Below are positions 19,257-28,064 of a DNA stretch of 64,000 nt, piece after piece. Origin of the DNA: Polyangiales bacterium (GTDB lineage Bacteria; Myxococcota_A; Polyangia; Polyangiales; Polyangiaceae); assembly GCA_038231275.1 (NCBI GenBank), contig JBBRLQ010000001.1, forward strand, positions 512,001 to 576,000, written 5' to 3'. Position numbers and translations under genes: made by a program. Position 1 is the first letter of the stretch, and every line of letters starts with the position of its first letter. A model generated the notes under the pieces. That model had not been told where the DNA came from. It searched no databases and saw nothing but the letters and a program-made list of their open reading frames with translations.

Positions 19257-19751
19257 ATGAAGGAACCGTCCGCTCTGCACGAGGTCGGCGTCAGCGTCGA
19301 CTTCGGCGTCTTCAAGATGAACGCGAAGTGGGCGCCCGATCCGCGCCAGCGCGACGCCGCGTGGGCGATGTACGTCGAGCTCTCGACACGCATCGCGACG
19401 CAGGATCTGGATCTCGAGGTGGGCCTCCTCCGCGAGGCGCTCGACTCGCTCCACGCGCTCTTCGGTGTCACGCGCGAGATCCTCCGCAAGGAGGGCGCGC
19501 ACGTCGGCAAGGAGCCGAACACGGTCGGCGGAATGTCGATCCAAGTGCTCAATGCGGGGATCCGCCCGTTCCTGACGAAGTGGCACCCGCGCCTGGCGGA
19601 CTGGGAGACGCACAAAGATCCGCACACGAGCACGCTGTCGCACGAGCGCGCGTGGCAAGACGAAGCGAAATGCCGCGGCGAGCTGGCGAAGCTCCAGCGA
19701 GGCCTTTTGACCTATGCCGAAGCGCTCGGGAAAATCGCCGGCGCGGCCTGA
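19257..19751 (+). CDS. Alpha-helical hypothetical protein
   Basis: Real gene is the 3' part of ORF 18357..19751: AAWAMYVELSTRI, LREALDSLHALF, VLNAGIRPFLTKWHP. Confidence 0.75.
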   Translation: MKEPSALHEVGVSVDFGVFKMNAKWAPDPRQRDAAWAMYVELSTRIATQDLDLEVGLLREALDSLHALFGVTREILRKEGAHVGKEPNTVGGMSIQVLNAGIRPFLTKWHPRLADWETHKDPHTSTLSHERAWQDEAKCRGELAKLQRGLLTYAEALGKIAGAA

Positions 19752-19758
19752 GGCGGGG

Positions 19759-20418
19759 GTGACCTCGGTCTCGGTCTCGCGAAGCGCACGCGCGCGCGAC
19801 GACGGGCGGGGCGAAGGCGCGCCCGCCTACGACTACGAGGTCTTCGTCAGCTACCGGCGGCGCGATCCGGTGCTGTCGTGGATGAACAACCATTTTTTCC
19901 CAAAGCTCGTTCACTGGCTGCCGCAGTTCTGGCCGAGCGAGCTGCCCACGCCGCGCGTCGCGAAGGACGATCAGATGGAGACGGGCGTACGGTGGCCCGA
20001 TCGCCTCGCGCAGATGCACGCGGGCTCGCGGTGCATGGTCGCGATCCTGTCGCCCGAGTATTTTCGCTCGGAGTGGTGCACGAGCGAGTGGCGGGCGATG
20101 CAGGCGCGGGAGAAGGTCGTCGGGATGGCGACGAAGAGCCGGACGCGCGGCCTCATTTTCCCGGTCCTCTTCTGCGGAGACACGTCGGTGCTCCCCAAAG
20201 AGGCGGCGGCGCGGCAGTGGGCGGACTTCACGCGCCTCAATTTCCCGGACGAAGTGTTCCGCTTTCATCCCACGTACCTCGAGCTCGATCAGGCCGTGCA
20301 AGGCGTCGCGCGCGATCTCGTCTCGATGATCAAGAGCGCGCCGCCGCGCCGCGCGTGGCCTCGGCTCGAAGCCCCCAAGACGCTCGCGCGGCCGCCCATC
20401 GCGCTCCCGAGGCTTTGA
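19759..20418 (+). CDS. Stand-alone TIR-domain protein
   Basis: YEVFVSYRR, G.RWPD.L, ILSPEYFRSEWCTSEW (putative catalytic Glu), IFPVLF; start uncertain. Confidence 0.88.
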   Translation: MTSVSVSRSARARDDGRGEGAPAYDYEVFVSYRRRDPVLSWMNNHFFPKLVHWLPQFWPSELPTPRVAKDDQMETGVRWPDRLAQMHAGSRCMVAILSPEYFRSEWCTSEWRAMQAREKVVGMATKSRTRGLIFPVLFCGDTSVLPKEAAARQWADFTRLNFPDEVFRFHPTYLELDQAVQGVARDLVSMIKSAPPRRAWPRLEAPKTLARPPIALPRL

Positions 20419-20421
20419 GAG

Positions 20422-22143
20422 ATGGGCACGATCGTCACCTTCTACTCGTACAAAGGCGGCACCGGTCGCACGCTGGCTCTCGCCAACGTCGCCACGCTGC
20501 TCGCGCAGTGGGGGCACAAGGTCCTCTGCGTCGATTGGGATCTCGAGGCACCGGGGCTTCACCTCTACTTCGAGCGCCAAGCAGCGCCGGCGAAGGGCGG
20601 CCTCGTCGAGGTCATCGGGGCGCTCGCGAGCGGCCAGAAAAAATCGTCGTGGCAGCGCTACGTCGTTCGTACGGAGATCGGCGCGCGGGGCAAGCACGCG
20701 CGGGCGCGAAAGGGCAAAGGGCGGCTCGATCTCCTCGCGGCGGGAAAGCCCGGGCGCGGGTACGTCGCGCGGCTCCAAGCGCTCGACTGGAGCGCGCTCT
20801 ACGCCAAGGGGCTCGGCGAGGAGATCGAGCGCCTGCGTGAAGAGTGGTCGGCGGCGTACGACTTCGTGCTCCTCGACAGCCGCACCGGCATCACCGACAT
20901 CGGCGGCATCTGCACGGCGCAGCTTCCCGACATCCTCGTCCTGATGGCGACGGCGAACGATCAGAGCCTCGAAGGGATCGTCGACGTCGCCGATCGCGCG
21001 CGCGCCGCACGATCGCGGATGCCGCTCGACAAGCCCGTTTTGCACTGCGTCCCAGTGCCCTCGCGTTTCGACGTGCACATGGAGAGCGCGATCAGCGCCA
21101 AGTGGCTCCAAAAATTCGCGACGCGCCTCGAGCCGTATTATCGGACGTGGCTCCACACCGCGATCGCGCCGTCCGAGATCCTCGCGCACGTGAAAATTCC
21201 GTACACGCCGGTGTGGAGCTTCGGTGAGCGCTTGCCCGTCATCGACGAGGGCACCGCGGATCCGGAGTCGATCGGGTTCGCGCTCGAGACGCTCGCGGCG
21301 CTCGTCGCGCACAAATTGGCGTACTCCGACGTCCTCGTACGCAACCGGGACAGCTTCCTCGCGGCGGCGCGTGGCGCGCGCGCAGAAGAGGACGCGTCGC
21401 GCGGAGAGTTCGGCACGGACGTCTTCGTGAGCCACGGCGCCGCCGACGGCGAGCTCGCGTCGCGCCTCTCGCGCGCGCTGAAAAAGCGCGGTCTCGCTGT
21501 GACTCGGCACGAGCGCGGCGGCGAGACTGCGCTGGCGCGCGAGCAATCGCTGCGCGGCGCGAAGAACCTGCTCACGATCGTGGGTCCCGAGTTCGGCGGG
21601 TGGCAGCTCGAGGAGACGATGAGCTTCCTCAAGATGGCCAACGCGCCGAGCCAGCGCGTCGTCGTGCTCCTCACGCGCGACGCCCGTCCGGCCGACGTGC
21701 CGCCGCTCCTTCGCGACGCGCCCGTGCTGGACGATCGACGACCCGAAGGCGCGCTCGTCGATCGCCTGGCGTCGGTGATGGGGTCGCTCGCGCGCGCCGA
21801 CGATCCGCAACACGGATTGTGGGGGCGCCGCGCCGAGCGCGCAGGCCGCGAGCTGACCGCCAAGGTGCGCCCCGTGAAGGGCGAGCGCGATCTCTACCGG
21901 ATCGATCTCACCGTCACGCGCGCGAAGGGGGCGTCGCCGATTCGCGGTCCGGTGCGCTTCCACCTGCATCCGTCGTTCAAGCGCCACGTTCGCGAGGTCG
22001 AGCCGGCCGGCGGCGTCGCGTCCCTGTCGGTCCTCGGCGCGAGCGCGTTCACCGTCGGCGCCGAGCTCGACGACGGCGCGACCATCCTCGAGCTCGATCT
22101 CGCGCGCGTGCCCGGCGTTCCCAAGGGGTTCGTCGACGTCTGA
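20422..22143 (+). CDS. Variant ParA/MinD ATPase fused to TIR and a C-terminal pYEATS-like domain
   Basis: TFYSYKGGTGRT, VDWDLEAPGL, LDSRTG; second TIR (DVFVSH...WQLEE); C-terminus DDPQHGLWG...VRFHLHPSF...AFTVGAELDDG..LELDL. Confidence 0.85.
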   Translation: MGTIVTFYSYKGGTGRTLALANVATLLAQWGHKVLCVDWDLEAPGLHLYFERQAAPAKGGLVEVIGALASGQKKSSWQRYVVRTEIGARGKHARARKGKGRLDLLAAGKPGRGYVARLQALDWSALYAKGLGEEIERLREEWSAAYDFVLLDSRTGITDIGGICTAQLPDILVLMATANDQSLEGIVDVADRARAARSRMPLDKPVLHCVPVPSRFDVHMESAISAKWLQKFATRLEPYYRTWLHTAIAPSEILAHVKIPYTPVWSFGERLPVIDEGTADPESIGFALETLAALVAHKLAYSDVLVRNRDSFLAAARGARAEEDASRGEFGTDVFVSHGAADGELASRLSRALKKRGLAVTRHERGGETALAREQSLRGAKNLLTIVGPEFGGWQLEETMSFLKMANAPSQRVVVLLTRDARPADVPPLLRDAPVLDDRRPEGALVDRLASVMGSLARADDPQHGLWGRRAERAGRELTAKVRPVKGERDLYRIDLTVTRAKGASPIRGPVRFHLHPSFKRHVREVEPAGGVASLSVLGASAFTVGAELDDGATILELDLARVPGVPKGFVDV

Positions 22144-22179
22144 ACCGCCCGCCCGCGAGCGTGCTACCGTCGAGCAGTC

Positions 22180-23025
22180 ATGAGGCTCGCCGCCATCGCC
22201 CTCGCGCTGTCGCTTCCGCTCTTAGCCGCATCGTCTGCGCGCGCCGCCGGTCCGCCGCCACCTGAGGGCGCCGTGCACATGAAGGACGGCGGCCTCATCC
22301 GCGGCGGCCTCCTCGAGGTGAAGCCCGACGATCACGTCACGGTGCTCCTCGCGACCGGGCAGACCGCGACGATCCCTTGGCATCTCGTCGATCGCATCGA
22401 AGGAATCGCCAGCACCGCGCCGCCGTCGGCCCTGGTCGTCGTCCCTCCGCCGCCGCGACGCACCGCCCTCGTGCACATCGAGTCCGATCGACCGGTCCGC
22501 CTCGAGGCCGCGACCGGCAAGAAGAGCTTCGACTTCGTCTGCCAATCGCCGTGCGACAAGGAGGTCGATCTCGACCGGCGCTACCGAATCGGCGGCGACG
22601 GCGTGCGCAACACGAGCCCGTTCTCGATCGAGGCGCAGCCGCACCAGCGCGTCGTCATCGACGTCGACACGTCGTCGAAGGGCTCGTTCGTCGGCGGCAT
22701 CGTGCTCGTGAGCATCTCGCCGGTCGTGGCGCTCATCGGCCTCGTCGTCTACGCGGTCAGCTCGATCACGCTCGACGGCTCGGGCGGGAGCGACAGTGGT
22801 CGGACCGTCGGCGTCGTCATGGGGGTCGGCGGCCTCGTCGGCATCGTCCTCGGCACGGTCATGATCATCTCCAGCTCGAGCTCGAAGCAGTCGCAATCGA
22901 TCGCCGGTCCTCCTCCTCCCGGCACGCCGCCCGCGCGCGACGCCGCACGCGAGCCGATCTGGCACACCGGCGTCGTCGCCCCGCCCGCCGCGACGACGTT
23001 CGAGGTCCCGGTCCTCCGCTTCTGA
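22180..23025 (+). CDS. Exported/membrane hypothetical protein
   Basis: Signal peptide, CQSPC motif, two C-terminal TM helices. Confidence 0.75.
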   Translation: MRLAAIALALSLPLLAASSARAAGPPPPEGAVHMKDGGLIRGGLLEVKPDDHVTVLLATGQTATIPWHLVDRIEGIASTAPPSALVVVPPPPRRTALVHIESDRPVRLEAATGKKSFDFVCQSPCDKEVDLDRRYRIGGDGVRNTSPFSIEAQPHQRVVIDVDTSSKGSFVGGIVLVSISPVVALIGLVVYAVSSITLDGSGGSDSGRTVGVVMGVGGLVGIVLGTVMIISSSSSKQSQSIAGPPPPGTPPARDAAREPIWHTGVVAPPAATTFEVPVLRF

Positions 23026-23045
23026 TTCGGATTTCGGAAGGCGCC

Positions 23046-24074
23046 CTAGCGCGTCGCCGGACGCCGGTCGCGGTTCTGCCAACCAAGCATCCAGCCCGGA
23101 TACTCCGGCGGGAGCGCGCTTGCCTCGTCCAGCTTGGCGATGTGCTCGGGCGCGAGCTCCGTGTCCGCCGCGGTGAGGTTGTCCTTCAGCTGCTCCATCG
23201 TCTTGGCGCCGATGATGACGCTCGTCACGAAGGGCTTCGTGAGCTGCCACGCGAGCGCGACGCGCGCAACCGAGAGGCCCGTCGCCTCGCCGACCGCACG
23301 CAGCGCCTTCAGCACCGTCGGCAAGCGACCGCGGTCGACCGGCGGAAAATCAAACGACGTGCGCCGCGCCCCCTCGGGGTTCGGCTTGTCGGGATCGAAC
23401 TTTCCGGAGAGCAGCCCACCCGCGAGCGGGCTCCACGGCAGGATCGCCAGCCCCTGATCCTGCGCAAACGGCACGATTTCTCGCTCGATGTCGCGTCCCG
23501 CGATCGAGTAGTAGACCTGCGCGCTCACGAACTTCGTGAGGCCGTTGGCGTGTGCGAACGCGTTCGCCTTCATCGCCTGCCACGCCGACAGGTTGCAGAA
23601 GCCGATGTACCGCACCTTCCCGCTCCGGACGACGTCGTCGAGCGCGCGCATCGTCTCTTCGAAGGGTGTGTCGATGTCGAAGCCGTGAATTTGGTAGAGG
23701 TCCACGTAGTCGAGCTCGAGGCGCGAGAGGCTCGCGTCGATCGAGGAGAGAATGTGTCCGCGCGATAGGCCGACCTGGTTTGGGCCAGGACCGGTGCGTC
23801 CGCGGCACTTCGTCGCGAGGAAGATCTGATCGCGCGGCCGGCCCAGCTTGGCGAGTGCCGCGCCGACGAGCTTCTCCGACTCTCCCTCGGAGTACACGTC
23901 GGCGGTGTCGATGAAGTTCACCCCCGCGTCGAGCGACGCGCCGACGAGCGCCTCCGCGTCCGCCGCACCGAGCTTGCCGACGACCTCCCAAAAGCCCTTC
24001 CCGCCGAACGTCATGCTGCCGAAGCAGAGCTCCGACACGTACACCCCCGTTTTTCCGAGCAGTCGGTAGCGCAT
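23046..24074 (-). CDS. Aldo/keto reductase
   Basis: MRYRLLGKTG.YVSELCFG, NFIDTADVYS.G.SE, DYVDLYQIH, WSPLAGGLLSGK. Confidence 0.93.
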   Translation of the reverse strand: MRYRLLGKTGVYVSELCFGSMTFGGKGFWEVVGKLGAADAEALVGASLDAGVNFIDTADVYSEGESEKLVGAALAKLGRPRDQIFLATKCRGRTGPGPNQVGLSRGHILSSIDASLSRLELDYVDLYQIHGFDIDTPFEETMRALDDVVRSGKVRYIGFCNLSAWQAMKANAFAHANGLTKFVSAQVYYSIAGRDIEREIVPFAQDQGLAILPWSPLAGGLLSGKFDPDKPNPEGARRTSFDFPPVDRGRLPTVLKALRAVGEATGLSVARVALAWQLTKPFVTSVIIGAKTMEQLKDNLTAADTELAPEHIAKLDEASALPPEYPGWMLGWQNRDRRPATR

Positions 24075-24258
24075 GGTGAACCTCCGGTGGGGTAGTGATG
24101 CCGGGCGCTCGCTCTTGGTTGCGCGCGGTTTCGCGAAGGGCCCTCGCGCCTCGATTCTGCGGTGCCCACACATCCAGAGGCGATAGGATCGTGAGGATGT
24201 GGCACGATCGTCCACACTCGGGCGGACAATGGCCGCCGGACTCCCATCGCGCGCAGCC

Positions 24259-25422
24259 ATGAGTCGCTCACATCGCCTGTTCACGCCGCGAGCCGCGACG
24301 CTGGCCGCCCTCCTCGGTGCGGCGAGCGCGGGGTGCAGCGCGCTCCTGGCGATCGCCGACGTGGGATACGGGGCGCCCGACGCGGGCGGCGATGCGGGGC
24401 TGGACGAAGAGCTCGCCGCCCGCGAGGGGGGAGAGGACGCGGCGTTCTGCAAGGACGCGGACGTCGTGGCAGACCCCCTCAACTGCGGCGCCTGCCGACA
24501 CGATTGCCTCGGTGGTGCCTGCACCGGGGGCCTTTGCCAGCCGTACCTGATCGCCGTCGCAAACCACCCGCGCGGCATCGGCGTGGACGGCGCGGAGATT
24601 TACTTCGCCACGGACCGAGAGGTGCTGCACCACTCGACGCGCGCAGGCTCCGAGGTGCCCAAGAGCCTCGCGGCGAACCAGAGCGAGCCGGAGGGCCTCG
24701 CGATCACGTTGCGCGGTATCTATTGGACGACCAACGAGTACTTCATTGCGACGGGCGGAAGTCTTTCGTTCGCGACGCGGCAGGGGCAGAGCTCGGTGCT
24801 CGTTTCTCCGGCTCCGGCGAGCTTTTTTGTCGAGGCGAGAGGCGGCGCGGTTTTCTGGAACCTCCGCGCGCAAGGTGACGGGGGCGACAGCATCATGTGG
24901 ATCCATGAGGACGGCGGTACGGAGGCAGGTGCCCTCCGCGGATTGGGCAGCACGTTCGGTCTCGCCATGGACGACGAGCGCACCTACTGGACGGAGCCTT
25001 CCAAAGGCATCATCCACTATTGCGACCGACCAGCGTGCGCGATGGCGCGTACCCTCCTAAGCAGCGAGCCCGGGGCGCGGGCGATCACGGTTCGCGGCTC
25101 CCGCTTGTATTGGGTCCGGGGCTTCACATTGAAGAGCTGCACGCTGCCCGCCTGCGCCGACGAGACCACCCTCGCCTCCCAAGGCTTTGGGACGACCACG
25201 CCCGAGCCCGGAAAGATCGCCGTCGACGACGACTACGTTTACGGAAGCGGCACGGACGGAGCGACCTTGGTCCGATGTTCCGTCGCGGGGTGCGGCGGCA
25301 ATCCGGAGGTCGTCGCGACCGCGAACCAGCCATTCGACATCGCTTTGGACGATGCAGGTGTCTACTGGTCGAGCTTCGCGGCGCCCGATGCGGGTGGCGG
25401 CATCTTCGGTAAGGCGAAATAG
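24259..25422 (+). CDS. Lipoprotein with a Cys-rich module and beta-propeller-like repeats
   Basis: Lipobox ASAGC; DPLNCGACRHDCLGGACTGGLCQP; repeated IAVD..YW strands. Confidence 0.75.
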   Translation: MSRSHRLFTPRAATLAALLGAASAGCSALLAIADVGYGAPDAGGDAGLDEELAAREGGEDAAFCKDADVVADPLNCGACRHDCLGGACTGGLCQPYLIAVANHPRGIGVDGAEIYFATDREVLHHSTRAGSEVPKSLAANQSEPEGLAITLRGIYWTTNEYFIATGGSLSFATRQGQSSVLVSPAPASFFVEARGGAVFWNLRAQGDGGDSIMWIHEDGGTEAGALRGLGSTFGLAMDDERTYWTEPSKGIIHYCDRPACAMARTLLSSEPGARAITVRGSRLYWVRGFTLKSCTLPACADETTLASQGFGTTTPEPGKIAVDDDYVYGSGTDGATLVRCSVAGCGGNPEVVATANQPFDIALDDAGVYWSSFAAPDAGGGIFGKAK

Positions 25423-25515
25423 GCGGCGCTGCCGATGAAGCCGCGGCGCCGTCACCTGACCCCGGGGCAGCAGGCCCGCTAGAGCGGCGCCTGGCTTCGT
25501 GGTAGCTCCTCCTTC

Positions 25516-26649
25516 ATGTCAATGTCGACCTGGAGCTTCCCCACCAAGATCGTCTTCGGCAACGGCGCGCTCAAGACCCTCGCGGATCACGTGAAGGCAA
25601 TCGGCGCGACGCGCGCGCTCGTCGTGTGCGATCCGGGGGTCGTGAAGGTCGGCATCGCCGAGAAGGTGAAGGCCGTCCTCGAGGGCGGCGGCGTCCCCGC
25701 GGCGATCTTCGACGGCGTCGATCCGAACCCGGTCGAGAAGAACGTTGTCGACGGCGTCGCGGCCTACAAGGCGCATGGCGCGAACGTCATCGTCTCGGTG
25801 GGCGGCGGCTCGCCGCTCGACGCCGGCAAGCTCATCGCGCTCAAGACGACGCACGAGCGGCCGCTCGTCGACTACGACGACGCGACCGGCGGCGACCAGT
25901 ACATCGGCGCCAACGTCCCGCCGATGATCACGATCCCGACGACCGCCGGCACCGGCAGCGAGGTCGGTCGCTCCGGCGTCGTGACGCTCGCGGCGAACGG
26001 GCGAAAGACCGTGATCTTCTCGCCGCACCTCCTAGCGAAGGTTGCGCTCCTCGACCCCGAGCTCACGGTCTCCATGCCCGCGCGCATCACCGCCGCCACC
26101 GGCTTCGACGCGCTCACCCACTGCCTCGAAGCGTTCTGCTCGGTCGGCGATCACCCGATGGCCGACGGCATCGCGCTCTTCGGCCTCGAGCTCTGCGCCA
26201 AGCACCTCGCGACCGCGGTCGCGAACGGCAAGGACCTCGAGGCGCGCGGCGCGATGATGAAGGCCGCGATGATGGGCGCCGTCGCGTTCCAAAAGGGCCT
26301 CGGCGCGTGCCACTCGCTCGCGCACCCGCTCTCGAGCGAGAAGGGCATGCACCACGGCCTGGCCAACGCGCTCTGCCTGCCGGCAGTTGTAGAATACAAC
26401 GAAGCGGTCATCCACGAGAAGCTCGAGCGCGTCCGCGCGATCATCGATCCCGGCGCCAAGACCGCCGCCGACGCCGTCCGAGGACTCCGCAAGAAGCTCG
26501 GTCTCCCCGAGGGTCTCCGAGCGGAGGGCGTCACCGAGGCCGACATCCCCAAGCTCGCCGACAAGGCCATCCAGGACGCGTGTCACACCAGCAATCCCAA
26601 GAAGACGACGCGCGACGATCTCGCGAAGCTCTACGCCACGTCGATGTGA
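25516..26649 (+). CDS. Iron-containing alcohol dehydrogenase
   Basis: GGGSPLD, PTTAGTGSEV, DALTHCLE, HSLAH, HHGLAN. Confidence 0.93.
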   Translation: MSMSTWSFPTKIVFGNGALKTLADHVKAIGATRALVVCDPGVVKVGIAEKVKAVLEGGGVPAAIFDGVDPNPVEKNVVDGVAAYKAHGANVIVSVGGGSPLDAGKLIALKTTHERPLVDYDDATGGDQYIGANVPPMITIPTTAGTGSEVGRSGVVTLAANGRKTVIFSPHLLAKVALLDPELTVSMPARITAATGFDALTHCLEAFCSVGDHPMADGIALFGLELCAKHLATAVANGKDLEARGAMMKAAMMGAVAFQKGLGACHSLAHPLSSEKGMHHGLANALCLPAVVEYNEAVIHEKLERVRAIIDPGAKTAADAVRGLRKKLGLPEGLRAEGVTEADIPKLADKAIQDACHTSNPKKTTRDDLAKLYATSM

Positions 26650-26665
26650 GGGTACGCTCGGCGGC

Positions 26666-27589
26666 GTGAGCGCGCCGGGGCCGGTCTACGTCAAGCGAAC
26701 GTCCTGCCGCGCCTGCGGTGGCCCGAAGGTGACGCGCCCAAAGACCGGGTACGTCTACTGCGACTACTGCGCGACGCTCATCGACTGGGACTTCCAGGTC
26801 GCGATCTCGACGAAGGGATCAGCGCTTCCCGGACCGCAGTACGAGATCCTCGCCGCGCAGCTGAAGCCGGAGCTGGACGCCGCGCTCGCCGCCCTCGATC
26901 GACCGCGATATTACCGTGCACAATACACACTCTACGCGCTGTACGTTCAGCTGTGCCCCGCGTCGCTCTCGCCGCGCGTGGGCGATCCCGCATACCGCGC
27001 GGCGTTCGTCGACTACACCGCGAAGACGACGACCGAGCAGGATTTCGATCCGGCCACCGCGGCGACGACGGCCGCGATGGACGACGCCGTGAAGAAGCTC
27101 CAGTGGATCAACGCGGGCGGCGCGATGCAGTGCGCCCCGGCGACGTTCTGGCCGATGTGGGACGCCGTCGTGGCGAAGATCCAGGCGAGCATCGACATCA
27201 ACGGGCGAACCGGCCTCCTCGCGCAGCACCCTGACGGCGCGCCGGCGGACCTTCTCCTTCGCATGGGTCTGTCGGCGATGGTGCAGGGTTGGCTGCCTTA
27301 CCTCGGCGCCGCCGACAGCGAGCGGCTCCTCGCGGTGAGCGGCATGAAGGGCGAGTACGTCGCGGTGCAGCCGCCGCCCACGACCGAGTCGCCGTGCTCG
27401 GGATGCGGCGGCGCGCTCCACATCGTGCAAGGAGCGAAGCGCGTCGTGTGCGAGTCGTGTGGGCGCGTGAACGATCTGGGCGCCGGCTCGATCGCGTGCC
27501 CGACCTGTGGCGGCCACGTGCCGATCGGCGAGGGCAACCTCGCGTCGTGCCCGTTCTGCCGCGCAGATCTCAGGGCGATGCGGCCGTGA
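26666..27589 (+). CDS. Multi-zinc-ribbon hypothetical protein
   Basis: Six CxxC motifs (two N-terminal, four C-terminal) flanking a helical core. Confidence 0.75.
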   Translation: MSAPGPVYVKRTSCRACGGPKVTRPKTGYVYCDYCATLIDWDFQVAISTKGSALPGPQYEILAAQLKPELDAALAALDRPRYYRAQYTLYALYVQLCPASLSPRVGDPAYRAAFVDYTAKTTTEQDFDPATAATTAAMDDAVKKLQWINAGGAMQCAPATFWPMWDAVVAKIQASIDINGRTGLLAQHPDGAPADLLLRMGLSAMVQGWLPYLGAADSERLLAVSGMKGEYVAVQPPPTTESPCSGCGGALHIVQGAKRVVCESCGRVNDLGAGSIACPTCGGHVPIGEGNLASCPFCRADLRAMRP

Positions 27590-27600
27590 TACGCTGAGGC

Positions 27601-27834
27601 ATGGCGAAGCGAGAGACGTCCCGCGCATCGCTCGCCGTCGCCGCGCGCCTGCGTCTCGCAACCGCCATGCAGCGCGAGGGGACCCTCCTGATCCGCGAGA
27701 ACCTTCGCCGGCGCCACCCCGAGGCGAGCGAGCAGGAGCTGGATCGCCTGCTCGAAACCTGGCTCCTCGATCGCCCGCTCGATGCGCCGGGACCCCGGGT
27801 GTCATGGCCAAGAAGAAGACCGCACGCGGTGTAG
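27601..27834 (+). CDS. Small putative antitoxin
   Basis: 77 aa, LRRRHPEASEQELDRLLETWL, typical of small partners of nucleotidyltransferase toxins. Confidence 0.6.
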   Translation: MAKRETSRASLAVAARLRLATAMQREGTLLIRENLRRRHPEASEQELDRLLETWLLDRPLDAPGPRVSWPRRRPHAV

Positions 27835-28042
27835 TCGACGCCGCGGCCCGCACGGCGACGAGCCTCGACGCGACGCGCGCCTTCAAGACCGTATCGATCT
27901 GAAGAACCTGGGCGCCGTGGCGACGGCTGCGGATTGGTCGCTCGCCGAGACCGCCGTGCGGTTGATCCGCGCGCGTGGCTACCATCGGGGTCGCGCGTTG
28001 CGGAAGCGCCTCCGCGCCTGGCGAGAGACGTCGAAAGGCTGA
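27804..28042 (+). pseudogene. Internally deleted nucleotidyltransferase (AbiEii-like) toxin remnant
   Basis: N-terminus MAKKK...ATSLDA joined out of frame to a C-terminus RLQDRIDL...LIRARGYHRGR; catalytic core absent. Confidence 0.55.
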
Positions 28043-28064
28043 GCAAGTGCTACGCTCGTCCTCG

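Noticed and set aside
19549-21987. 812-aa minus-strand ORF, and similar long shadow ORFs such as 28167..30986, 33664..35823 and 39531..41309
   Set aside because: Antisense to well-supported genes, with Arg/Ala-rich non-protein-like composition; expected in high-GC DNA
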